This document shows positions 29,434-38,334 of a stretch of DNA of 64,000 nucleotides, in pieces. Made by a program: the position numbers and the translations under genes. Position 1 is the stretch's first letter. The number at the start of each line of letters is the position of its first letter. The notes beneath the pieces were generated by a model, which saw only the letters and a list, made by a program, of their open reading frames with translations, did not search any database and had not been told where the DNA came from. This stretch comes from an uncultured virus (IMG/VR IMGVR_UViG_3300032167_007427). Taxonomy: Duplodnaviria; Heunggongvirae; Uroviricota; Caudoviricetes. Location of the stretch: IMG/VR virus record IMGVR_UViG_3300032167_007427. One strand, given 5' to 3'.

Positions 29434-29540
29434 AACTTCCAACAGATTAGACAAACTAAACGTCTAAAGTATGCTATACTTATAATGCAGAAGAATAAAA
29501 CAAAGCCTGTGTGGTTACCAAGCCATACGGGCTTTTGTTA
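29434..29540 (+). promoter_or_regulatory. Candidate late promoter followed by terminator-like hairpin
   Basis: Extended -10 TGCTATACT 29472-29480; hairpin 29502-29535 with T run. Confidence 0.6.
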
Positions 29541-29560
29541 TGCCCGAAAGGAGGAACTGT

Positions 29561-29644
29561 ATGGGCTACCGTAATGTCGGCTATATAGAACAGCTATGGT
29601 ACATCCTCAAATACAAGGCAAAAGAACTCTTCCATAGGAGGTAA
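29561..29644 (+). CDS. 27-aa peptide MGYRNVGYIEQLWYILKYKAKELFHRR
   Basis: RBS AAAGGAGG; 3' end carries the HNH RBS. Confidence 0.6.
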   Translation: MGYRNVGYIEQLWYILKYKAKELFHRR

Positions 29645-29648
29645 CATA

Positions 29649-30008
29649 ATGCCGAAGAAACCCAAACGACCGTGTTCTTACCCCGGATGTCCGAAGCTTA
29701 CTGACGGACGGTTCTGCGAGGAACACTCCAAGGCTGAAGCCAAACGCTACGAGAAGTACGACAGAGACCCTGCTGTACGCCGTAGGTACGGTCGAGCCTG
29801 GAAACGTATACGTGACAGTTATGTTGAGAAGCACCCTCTGTGTGAGCTGTGTGAGCGTGACGGTAAACTTGTACCGACAGAAGAGGTACATCATAAGACC
29901 CCACTTGCTGAAGGTGGCACACACGCAAGAGATAATTTAATTGCTTTATGTAAAGCCTGTCACGCAAAGATCCACGCCGAACGTGGAGACCGATGGCACA
30001 ATCGTTGA
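29649..30008 (+). CDS. HNH endonuclease (packaging-associated)
   Basis: CELC, VHHK, NLIALCKACH. Confidence 0.93.
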   Translation: MPKKPKRPCSYPGCPKLTDGRFCEEHSKAEAKRYEKYDRDPAVRRRYGRAWKRIRDSYVEKHPLCELCERDGKLVPTEEVHHKTPLAEGGTHARDNLIALCKACHAKIHAERGDRWHNR

Positions 30009-30150
30009 GGTTGTGTCTTTTTTGATGCACAGACCCTGCCCCGGTAGGGGGATGTAAATCTCCGGGACCTTCATCCTGAACAACGGGCGTGGGGTATCAT
30101 GTGCAAAAATTCAAAAACAAAGGGGGTATTAACCCCGGGAGGTGAAAACC

Positions 30151-30690
30151 GTGGCAAAAGACGGCACAATGCGAGGCGGTCCGCGTCCCGGTCAAGGCAG
30201 ACCGAGGAAGGCTCTCGCAGATAAAATCAATAATGGAACGGCGGACGGTGCTCTCATATTACCCGAACCCGCTACATTCACGGGTGAAGATGTACCGCCC
30301 GTAAAAGAATACTTAAAGGCTCAACAGAAAAACGGCAAAGAACTATGCGCCGAGGGGATTTACAAAGAAGTATACCTTTGGCTGAAAGCTCGTGGTTGTG
30401 AAAAACTCGTAAGCGGTCAGCTTATTGAGCAATATGCAATGTCCGTTTCCCGATGGGTACAATGCGAAGAGGCAATCTCCGAGTTCGGTTTTCTTGCAAA
30501 GCATCCCACCACTGGAAATGCCATCGCTTCTCCGTATGTTTCGATGAGCCAACAGTATATGAAACAATCAAACCAAATATGGTATCAAATTTATCAGGTC
30601 GTAAAGGAAAACTGCTCGGTCGATTTCGGTGGTGGCAGTCCCCATGACGATATGATGGAAAAACTACTCGCTTCACGGCGTGGAAAGTAA
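30151..30690 (+). CDS. Terminase small subunit (P27 family)
   Basis: RGGPRPGQGR, HPTTGNAIASPY; position after HNH. Confidence 0.85.
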   Translation: MAKDGTMRGGPRPGQGRPRKALADKINNGTADGALILPEPATFTGEDVPPVKEYLKAQQKNGKELCAEGIYKEVYLWLKARGCEKLVSGQLIEQYAMSVSRWVQCEEAISEFGFLAKHPTTGNAIASPYVSMSQQYMKQSNQIWYQIYQVVKENCSVDFGGGSPHDDMMEKLLASRRGK

Positions 30691-30701
30691 GGAGAACAAA
30701 A

Positions 30702-31739
30702 ATGAGACTTTTTTCAACTGAACAGATAAGCAAATATCATCCAGACAAATATGCCGACCAAATCTCGGATGCAATTCTGACCGAGTGCCTTTTACAGGAT
30801 AAGAACAGCCATTGCGGTATCGAAACTATGGTAAAGGACAACACGGTTATACTCGGCGGTGAGATTACCACAAACGCAAATATCGACTATATCGGTATCG
30901 TCCGTAGGGTTGCCGACAAGCTCGGCTATACCGTTGATTCGGTTATCAACCTTATCGGCAAACAGTCCCACGAAATCAACACAGCAGTTACAGCCGACGA
31001 AAACATCGGTGCAGGCGACCAGGGCATTATGTTCGGGTATGCAACAGCGGAAACAAGAAGTAAGCTTCCTTTCGGTTTTGACCTTGCAAACAAAATCATA
31101 GAAGCTATTGAATTTGATGTTGAAACCAATCCCCGTAGTATCTTTGTTGGTGATGCCAAAACACAGGTGACGGTTGATCTTGATGCCGAGCCCACATTCG
31201 CATCTGTACACAGTATCGTTGTCTCGGTGTGCCATAAGGACACAGTAACCATCGACGAAGTAAGAGGTGTAGTAACTGTTTTGATTAAAAATATCTTCGG
31301 AGAAAACCCTCTCCCTGCACTCATCATCAATCCCTCCGGCACTTGGACCCTCGGTGGCCCCACAGCAGACTGCGGACTTACCGGTCGTAAAATCGTATGC
31401 GACCAGTACGGCGGTTATTGTGCTGTAGGCGGTGGTGCCTTTTCGGGTAAGGACCCTACAAAGGTTGACCGCTCCGCTACATATATGGCAAGGCACCTGG
31501 CTTGTGAGCTCCTTGAGTATTTCGGGCTCAAGTGGTGCGAGGTTCAGCTTGGTTATGCTATCGGCATCGCAGAGCCTGTATCTGTAGTTATTAAGAATGA
31601 CAAAGACATCCCTCTTGAGGACTATGTCCGTGAGAACTATGACCTCACACCCCTGGGTATTATCAGAAGGCTTAACCTACTCAACCGTGATTATGAGCTT
31701 ATTTCAGAGGGGTGCCATTTCAGGGGGACACTCATATGA
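30702..31739 (+). CDS. metK: S-adenosylmethionine synthetase
   Basis: HPDK..DQISD, GAGDQG, GGGAFSGKDPTKVDRS. Confidence 0.93.
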   Translation: MRLFSTEQISKYHPDKYADQISDAILTECLLQDKNSHCGIETMVKDNTVILGGEITTNANIDYIGIVRRVADKLGYTVDSVINLIGKQSHEINTAVTADENIGAGDQGIMFGYATAETRSKLPFGFDLANKIIEAIEFDVETNPRSIFVGDAKTQVTVDLDAEPTFASVHSIVVSVCHKDTVTIDEVRGVVTVLIKNIFGENPLPALIINPSGTWTLGGPTADCGLTGRKIVCDQYGGYCAVGGGAFSGKDPTKVDRSATYMARHLACELLEYFGLKWCEVQLGYAIGIAEPVSVVIKNDKDIPLEDYVRENYDLTPLGIIRRLNLLNRDYELISEGCHFRGTLI

Positions 31740-33001
31740 GCAAGAAAACTACAACCGATATGCAACTCGTCTCTCTTGACAAACTCATACCTTATGTTAA
31801 CAATGCCCGAACCCACTCCCCCGAACAGATAGGCAAACTTCGTTCAAGCCTCCGTGAGTTCGGCTTTATAAATCCCGTCATCATCGACCGTGACTTCGGT
31901 ATCATTGCCGGTCACGGTCGTGTTCTTGCTGCACGTGAGGAAGGCATCACAGAAGTTCCTTGTGTGTTTGTTGACCACCTGACCGAAGCTCAGAAGAAAG
32001 CGTACATCATTGCTGACAACCGTATGGCCCTTGATGCCGGATGGGATGAAGAACTCCTCCGTGTCGAGATTGAAGCATTGCAGGCAGAGGCTTTTGATGT
32101 GTCACTTACGGGTTTCGGCGATGATGAAATTGCAGACCTCTTCGGGAAGGAAAAGGACACGGTTGAGGATGATGGCTATGACCTTTCCGATGCTCTTGAA
32201 AAAGCTGCCTTTGTAGAACGTGGTGACAGATGGTTCGTCGGCAGACACCGCCTTTTCTGTGGTGATGCCACCAACGCCGATGACGTTGCTGCTCTTATGG
32301 ACGGTAACCGTGCAAACCTTATTCTTACTGACCCTCCTTACGGTGTGTCTTTCAAGAGTTCAAGCGGACTTACCATTCAGAACGACAGTATGAAGGACGA
32401 GGAGTTCTATAACTTCCTTCGTAAGGCTTTTGATAATATGGTCGCTCATCTTGAGAATGGCGGCTCAGCCTATGTATTCCACGCAGACACCGAAGGACTT
32501 ACATTCCGTAAGGCTTTTGTTGACGCGGGCTTCCACCTGGCGGGTGTGTGCATTTGGGCAAAGAACAGTCTTGTTCTCGGTCGTTCCGATTATCAGTGGC
32601 AGCACGAGCCTGTGCTGTATGGCTTCCTTAAGAACGGTAAACACAGATGGTACTCCGACAGGAAGCAGACAACCATATGGAACTTCGACAAGCCCAAGAG
32701 AAATGCAAACCATCCCACAAGTAAGCCTCTCGACCTGCTTTCTTATCCTCTCGGTAACTCCTCACAGGAGAATGCTATCGTAATCGATACATTCGGTGGT
32801 TCCGGTTCTACGCTTATGGCTTGTGAGAAAACCAACCGTATCTGTTATACGATGGAACTTGATGAGAAGTACGCTTCCGTTATCCTTCGTCGCTATGTTG
32901 AGGATACGGGAAACGCAGATGATGTATATGTCATACGTAACGGTGAGCGTATTCCTTATGCCGAGCTTGTAAAAGAAGTGGAGGCAGACGTAAATGAGTA
33001 A
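31736..33001 (+). CDS. ParB-domain N6/N4 DNA methyltransferase
   Basis: IIAGHGR ParB, TDPPY, HPTSKP, DTFGGSGST. Confidence 0.93.
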   Translation: MSKKTTTDMQLVSLDKLIPYVNNARTHSPEQIGKLRSSLREFGFINPVIIDRDFGIIAGHGRVLAAREEGITEVPCVFVDHLTEAQKKAYIIADNRMALDAGWDEELLRVEIEALQAEAFDVSLTGFGDDEIADLFGKEKDTVEDDGYDLSDALEKAAFVERGDRWFVGRHRLFCGDATNADDVAALMDGNRANLILTDPPYGVSFKSSSGLTIQNDSMKDEEFYNFLRKAFDNMVAHLENGGSAYVFHADTEGLTFRKAFVDAGFHLAGVCIWAKNSLVLGRSDYQWQHEPVLYGFLKNGKHRWYSDRKQTTIWNFDKPKRNANHPTSKPLDLLSYPLGNSSQENAIVIDTFGGSGSTLMACEKTNRICYTMELDEKYASVILRRYVEDTGNADDVYVIRNGERIPYAELVKEVEADVNE

Positions 33002-35144
33002 CCTTACCCTTGGAAGTCTCTTTGATGGTTCGGGTGGTTTTCCCCTTGGTGGACTAATCGCAGGTATAACACCTGTGTGGGCATCGGAGGTTGAACCCTT
33101 CGCAGTCCGTGTAACAACAAAAAGATTTCCTTTTATGAAGCATTACGGTGATATCTCTGCTATGGACGGCAGCAAGATTGAACCCGTAGATATAATTACC
33201 TTCGGTTCTCCTTGCCAAGATATGAGCGTGGCGGGAAAGCGGAGCGGACTCGACGGTGAAAGGTCGAGTCTTTTTTATGAAGCCGTCCGTATTATTAAAG
33301 AAATGAGGAACGCAACAAATGGAAAATCCCCACGATGGATTTGTTGGGAAAACGTCCCCGGGGCTTTCTCAAGCAATAACGGACACGACTTCAAAGCCGT
33401 CCTCGAAGCGATCATCGGCATCGTCGAAGAGGGTGTCGAGGTGCCTATGCCTGACAAAAACGCCTGGGCATATGCAGACATACTCGTGGGCGACAGATGG
33501 AGCGTGGCATACAGAACTCTCGACGCTCAATACTGGGGTGTCCCCCAACGTCGCCGCAGAATCTACCTTGTCGCAGATCTTGCAGGTGGGAGTGCCGGAG
33601 ACGTATTATTTAAGTCCGAAGGCTTGTCAAGGTATTCTGCGGAGAGCTTCCGTGCGTGGCAAAGAGCTGCCAACGGTTTTGAAAATTGCATTGGAGAGAC
33701 AGGCAGGAATATAAGCACAGCATTCGATGGCTTAGTTCTGAATGACCAAGTAGGAAGCCGAATGGATGTCACCGATGACGTGACTTGTACTCTTCGAGCT
33801 GAAGCACACCATCCCCCGTGTGTCCTTGACACAATCCCTCTCGAAAACCACCCAAACGATGGTCGTATCAAAATAGAAGAAGACGGCAAAGTACAAACCC
33901 TCTCTTCCCGTATGGGAACGGGTGGCAACAATGTACCTCTTGTTATGAAGATTCGTAGCGGATGTTCCGGTGGTGGAAAAGGTGCATTAATCCAAACGAA
34001 CAAGTCAGCAACCCTGGCTTGCAATAATGACCAGACAATGTTTGTTCCCACAAATTGGGACGGCGGTCAAATATCTCCCACCCTTACAAAACAGAACGCC
34101 AGAGGCAATCAGCGAATGCCCGACAAAGACAACTTCAACTGTGTACTTGAACCTTACGGGATAAGTGCTCACGATAGTAATGCAATGAAGTCCGGTAATC
34201 CCCACAGCGGTGTGTATAAAGCTGACACCTCTCGCACCCTTGATGCAAACGGCGGTAATCCTGCCTGCAATCAAGGGGGCATCGCTGTTGTTTGTATCGA
34301 CCAAGGCGGTGGTAAATCTTCTTGTAATGTTACAGAAGAAAAATCCCCAACACTCACTTGTACCCACGGTGGCGAGCCCGCGGTTTGCACTAAGAGTGAA
34401 ACTATTGTAATTGAAGGTAGCGGAGCACGTCCTTCTCACCACGGGGATGGATATAAGGAATCCGATGTAATGTACACCCTTAATACTGTTGAGCGTCATG
34501 CAGTATATGCAATGACCACGGGGTATTACGCACAGGTGTCGGAGGAAACATCTCCTACGCTCCTTTCCAGGGACTATAAAGACCCGACCGTGGTCACCGA
34601 ACCTTCTTACGGTATCGGACGTGACGCATATAACCAAGGACAGAACGCAAAGTTTATGCCTACCATAGAAGAGGAGCTTCAGCCGACACTCGTTGCCAAA
34701 GGCCCCGGTGCTGTAGCCGAACCCATTTCCTTTTATCCTCAGATGAAAGCAGAGTGTACTTGTCCCCTCGAGGGTAAGTCTAACACACTTGTAAACGGTA
34801 CAAATCCCGGTTATCAAAACGGAGTCATTGATACCGACTATACTGTTCGCAGACTTACTCCCGTTGAATGTGCAAGGCTTCAAGGATTTCCCGATTGGTG
34901 GTGTAGCGGTCTTGACGAACCGAGCCCCGCTATTCAGGATGTCCGTTATTGGCAAGAAGTGTGGGATACCTACGCACGAGTTATAGGCGGATGCAAACCG
35001 AAAACAGAAAAACAAGTTCGTAAGTGGCTTGCACACCCTCATTCAGATGCAGCAGAATATAAGCTTTGGGGCAATGGAGTAGCTTTGCCGTGCGTGTTTT
35101 TCGTACTTGCAGGCATCGTGTATTGTACACAAAATGACCGCTGA
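32994..35144 (+). CDS. dcm: C5-cytosine methyltransferase with greatly expanded variable region
   Basis: SLFDGSGG, GSPCQD, ENV, QRRRR, RRLTPVECARLQGFP, GNGV. Confidence 0.93.
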   Translation: MSNLTLGSLFDGSGGFPLGGLIAGITPVWASEVEPFAVRVTTKRFPFMKHYGDISAMDGSKIEPVDIITFGSPCQDMSVAGKRSGLDGERSSLFYEAVRIIKEMRNATNGKSPRWICWENVPGAFSSNNGHDFKAVLEAIIGIVEEGVEVPMPDKNAWAYADILVGDRWSVAYRTLDAQYWGVPQRRRRIYLVADLAGGSAGDVLFKSEGLSRYSAESFRAWQRAANGFENCIGETGRNISTAFDGLVLNDQVGSRMDVTDDVTCTLRAEAHHPPCVLDTIPLENHPNDGRIKIEEDGKVQTLSSRMGTGGNNVPLVMKIRSGCSGGGKGALIQTNKSATLACNNDQTMFVPTNWDGGQISPTLTKQNARGNQRMPDKDNFNCVLEPYGISAHDSNAMKSGNPHSGVYKADTSRTLDANGGNPACNQGGIAVVCIDQGGGKSSCNVTEEKSPTLTCTHGGEPAVCTKSETIVIEGSGARPSHHGDGYKESDVMYTLNTVERHAVYAMTTGYYAQVSEETSPTLLSRDYKDPTVVTEPSYGIGRDAYNQGQNAKFMPTIEEELQPTLVAKGPGAVAEPISFYPQMKAECTCPLEGKSNTLVNGTNPGYQNGVIDTDYTVRRLTPVECARLQGFPDWWCSGLDEPSPAIQDVRYWQEVWDTYARVIGGCKPKTEKQVRKWLAHPHSDAAEYKLWGNGVALPCVFFVLAGIVYCTQNDR
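33319..33714 (+). CDS. Out-of-frame protein nested in dcm (beta-polypeptide-like)
   Basis: RBS GAGGA 9 nt upstream; STLSQIL..VPETYYLSPKACQGILRRA..RGKELP. Confidence 0.65.
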   Translation: MENPHDGFVGKTSPGLSQAITDTTSKPSSKRSSASSKRVSRCLCLTKTPGHMQTYSWATDGAWHTELSTLNTGVSPNVAAESTLSQILQVGVPETYYLSPKACQGILRRASVRGKELPTVLKIALERQAGI

Positions 35145-35186
35145 TTACTGCCCCGGTATTCTACATAGGAAAGTGTCATAAATGAC

Positions 35187-35215
35187 TGGCTATTCAGGAC
35201 ATTTAGAGTTAATAT
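35187..35215 (+). promoter_or_regulatory. Moron promoter unit 1
   Basis: TGGCTA-N17-TAATAT. Confidence 0.65.
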
Positions 35216-35246
35216 GTGAGTACCAAAAAACAAGGAGGTCATTACA

Positions 35247-35936
35247 ATGACAATTACAATCAACGCACAGGGCGCAGAACGCAAACGCCTGGTAAAGACA
35301 CTTAGTCATTGGCTTGGTGAGGATGCCCATTACTGCGGAGCTCCCACATTCGCTTACGAGGTCGGTCGATTCACCGTTGACAAAAACGGTAGCATTTCAT
35401 ACAGCGACCTTATCGATGCAGAGGTGGTTGAGAGACTGCTTGAATACCTTTACGACGAGAACTTCGACATCGACATGAGAGACACTACAGAAGAACCTGA
35501 AACAGACAGTTCTACTAACGAAGTTTCCGGTGTAACGATGAGACTTCCCGCAGCGGACTTCACAGATGCCACACTCGCAAACCTTGAGGCACTTGTCAAT
35601 GCCAAAGGCAACCTCATCAAAAAAGCTCTCGGCACCGATGCCCTTCCCATTAACCGACACGAAGAGTACATTGAGTTTCCCTGGTTCAAACCTTTCACCG
35701 AAACGAAAGAGATGGAAGCCTACGCACACTTTCTGAATGCCCTTTGCGAAATGGCAAAGACACAGAAACGTATCACAGCGAAGGAAAAAGCGGTCGATAA
35801 CGAAAAGTACGCATTCAGATGCTTCCTTCTCCGCCTCGGTTTCATCGGCGATGAGTACAAGCAGGAACGTAAGATTCTCCTTCGCAACCTGGAAGGCTCA
35901 TCCGCCTTCAAAACAAAGAAGGAGGTAGGAGCATAA
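35247..35936 (+). CDS. Phage protein (often labelled virulence-related)
   Basis: YCGAPTFAYEVG; NEKYAFRCFLLRLGFIG. Confidence 0.8.
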   Translation: MTITINAQGAERKRLVKTLSHWLGEDAHYCGAPTFAYEVGRFTVDKNGSISYSDLIDAEVVERLLEYLYDENFDIDMRDTTEEPETDSSTNEVSGVTMRLPAADFTDATLANLEALVNAKGNLIKKALGTDALPINRHEEYIEFPWFKPFTETKEMEAYAHFLNALCEMAKTQKRITAKEKAVDNEKYAFRCFLLRLGFIGDEYKQERKILLRNLEGSSAFKTKKEVGA

Positions 35937-36166
35937 TGTTCGGAATCAGAAAAGAAACCCTCGAAAGGCTCCGCCGTGAATATCCCGTGGGATGCCGTGT
36001 GGAACTCATAAGTATGAACGACCCTTACCGAACCGACCTCGTTCCCGGTTGCAAAGGCACGGTTAAGCACGTTGATGACACAGGTACAATCCACGTTCGT
36101 TGGGACATCGGCTCAAGTCTCGGTGTTGTATACGGAGAAGATGCCTGCAAAGTTATCGATGACTAA
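35936..36166 (+). CDS. DUF4314 protein
   Basis: YPVGCRVEL..MNDP...GTV..VDDTGTIHVRWD. Confidence 0.88.
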   Translation: MFGIRKETLERLRREYPVGCRVELISMNDPYRTDLVPGCKGTVKHVDDTGTIHVRWDIGSSLGVVYGEDACKVIDD

Positions 36167-36186
36167 ATGTAGTGTTCGAGAAGTCG

Positions 36187-36276
36187 AATATACACAATAT
36201 AATGTACAAATGATTGTGTAGTATATTATCGCAAAATGACTGGATAATATGTGCTTTTAGAGGTAATATGTGTACA
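36187..36276 (+). promoter_or_regulatory. Moron promoter unit 2 with inverted-repeat operator
   Basis: TACACAAT-N14-ATTGTGTA then TGGATA-N17-TAATAT. Confidence 0.75.
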
Positions 36277-36312
36277 CCGAAAGGGAGAAAACACAAATTA
36301 CGGAGGCACAAA

Positions 36313-37260
36313 ATGAACGCAAAAACCGCAACCTTTATAGAGGAAATGAAGAAACAGACTATCGGCGTTGAAGTCGAGATGAACAACATCAAAAGAGAGA
36401 CTGCAGCCAAGACGGCAGCAAGCTTTTTCAGGACAGGAAGATACGAAAACACCGCAAGCAGAAACGGTTACTACACTTGGAGCGCTTGGGACGACCAAGG
36501 CAGAGAGTGGAAGTTCCAAAGAGACGTCAGCATCAGCGGTCCCGACGATGAAAAGTGCGAAATGGTAACACCGATCCTTACCTGGGACGACATTGAAACC
36601 TTGCAGGAACTTTGCAGACAGCTTCGACACAAAGGAGCCAAGAGCGATGCAACAAGAGGATGCGGAGTTCACATCCACATCGGTGCTAACGGTCACACAC
36701 CCCAAACCATCCGCAACCTTGCAAACATAATGTCAAGCCACGAAAGCCTCCTGAGCTCAGCACTTAACCTCGACTCCGGCAGAGTTTCACGCTACTGCCG
36801 AATGGTAGACAAGAACTTCCTCACCAGGGTGAACAACAAAAAGCCCAAGACAATGTCAGCACTTGCAGACATTTGGTACGGAGCACACGGAAGCAACTAC
36901 GGAAGAAACAACCATTACAACGACAGCCGATACCATATGCTTAACCTCCACGCAACCTTCACCAAGGGAACGGTTGAGTTCCGACTTTTCCAGTTCGATG
37001 CCCCCACAGCCGAACGCAAGGGTGGCATCCACGCAGGACAGCTCAAGAGCTACATACAGCTTTGCCTTGCCCTTTCACAGATGGCTAAAACGGTGAGAAC
37101 CGCAAGCCCCAAGCCTCAGCAGAACGAGAACCCCAAATACGCAATGAGAACCTGGCTCCTCCGCCTTGGTTTCATCGGCGACGAATTCAAGACAGCAAGA
37201 GACCTCTTTACAAATCGCCTTGACGGTGACGCAGCCTTCCGAAACGGCAGAATCGGATAA
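36313..37260 (+). CDS. Amidoligase (COOH-NH2 ligase) family protein
   Basis: TIGVEVE, EMVTPIL, CGVHIHIG, RYHMLN, TVEFRLF. Confidence 0.9.
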   Translation: MNAKTATFIEEMKKQTIGVEVEMNNIKRETAAKTAASFFRTGRYENTASRNGYYTWSAWDDQGREWKFQRDVSISGPDDEKCEMVTPILTWDDIETLQELCRQLRHKGAKSDATRGCGVHIHIGANGHTPQTIRNLANIMSSHESLLSSALNLDSGRVSRYCRMVDKNFLTRVNNKKPKTMSALADIWYGAHGSNYGRNNHYNDSRYHMLNLHATFTKGTVEFRLFQFDAPTAERKGGIHAGQLKSYIQLCLALSQMAKTVRTASPKPQQNENPKYAMRTWLLRLGFIGDEFKTARDLFTNRLDGDAAFRNGRIG

Positions 37261-37339
37261 GGTACACACCGACAATGCCCACCGACCGCTTGAGGCGGTC
37301 TTAAGGTGGTGAAAGGCAAATTTGAAAGGAGATTTTTTT

Positions 37340-37804
37340 ATGCCAAAACGTTATTACATTGCTTACGGAAGCAACCTCAATGTGGAGCAGATGCGATACC
37401 GATACCCTGATGCACGGGTTGTAGGAACGGCAACCCTTGAAGGATGGAGACTTCTTTTCAGGGGAAGCAAGACGGGGTCTTACCTAACTATCGAACCGAA
37501 GGAAGGTTCAACAGTACCCGTTGCTGTTTGGGAGGTTTCCGAACGTGACGAAAGACATCTTGACCACTACGAGGGTTACCCCACCTTCTACTACAAGAAG
37601 GACATCGAAGTGGAGTACAAAGGCATTGCAACCGGCAAGGTTCGCAAGCGTCAAGCTTTTGTGTACATAATGCATGAGGACAGACCGCTCGGTCAGCCGT
37701 CCGACTATTATCTCAAGGTTTGTGCCAGGGGTTACCTTTACTTTGACTTCAACATTGACCACTTAATTCAGGCGGTCAACGACAGTAAGGAGGAAACGAT
37801 ATGA
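37340..37804 (+). CDS. Gamma-glutamylcyclotransferase (AIG2-like)
   Basis: YIAYGSNL, LDHYEGYP. Confidence 0.9.
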   Translation: MPKRYYIAYGSNLNVEQMRYRYPDARVVGTATLEGWRLLFRGSKTGSYLTIEPKEGSTVPVAVWEVSERDERHLDHYEGYPTFYYKKDIEVEYKGIATGKVRKRQAFVYIMHEDRPLGQPSDYYLKVCARGYLYFDFNIDHLIQAVNDSKEETI

Positions 37805-38016
37805 AAACGCCCACAGATGCCCGTATAAGCGCCGTGTGCCCCATTTGCGGTGAGACCTATAACGCTCCCCCGGCGCTCTCAAGAGCCGACGGAAAGACCC
37901 TTATTTGCCCCGACTGCGGAATCCGCGAAGCCTTGTCTTCCATTGGGATTGAGCCTGACGAACAGGAAAAAATCCTCGAAACCATCCACGAGCACACACG
38001 CAGCAAACAGCTGTAA
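37801..38016 (+). CDS. Small zinc-ribbon protein
   Basis: CPICG...ICPDCG. Confidence 0.8.
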   Translation: MKTPTDARISAVCPICGETYNAPPALSRADGKTLICPDCGIREALSSIGIEPDEQEKILETIHEHTRSKQL

Positions 38017-38104
38017 TATACACAATTTTGTCCTCCAAAGATTGTGTACTATATTTCTCGGTTATAACTGGCTATATAGCACATCCTATGGTAATATGTG
38101 TACA
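38015..38104 (+). promoter_or_regulatory. Moron promoter unit 3 with inverted-repeat operator
   Basis: TACACAAT-N14-ATTGTGTA then TGGCTA-N17-TAATAT. Confidence 0.75.
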
Positions 38105-38129
38105 ACAAAAGAAAGCGGAGGACACCCAA

Positions 38130-38321
38130 ATGACAACCTACAAAACCTTCAAAACTCAGGTCGCAAACATCAAAACACAGAACGACCTCATCGATGCCCA
38201 CATAGCGATTTGCCAGGCTTACAGCAATTACAAAATCAGCCACGCACAGTTCACCGAACTTCGCAAGGCAATGATTGAAAAAAGAGCAGTAAAGCACATC
38301 GCCTGGGGCCAAGGCATTTAA
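38130..38321 (+). CDS. Small hypothetical protein
   Basis: RBS GGAGG after promoter unit 3. Confidence 0.7.
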   Translation: MTTYKTFKTQVANIKTQNDLIDAHIAICQAYSNYKISHAQFTELRKAMIEKRAVKHIAWGQGI

Positions 38322-38334
38322 GGAGGACAGCACA

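Noticed and set aside
34005..35042. 345-aa antisense ORF in dcm
   Set aside because: No recognisable motifs, unlike the same-strand nested ORF at 33319
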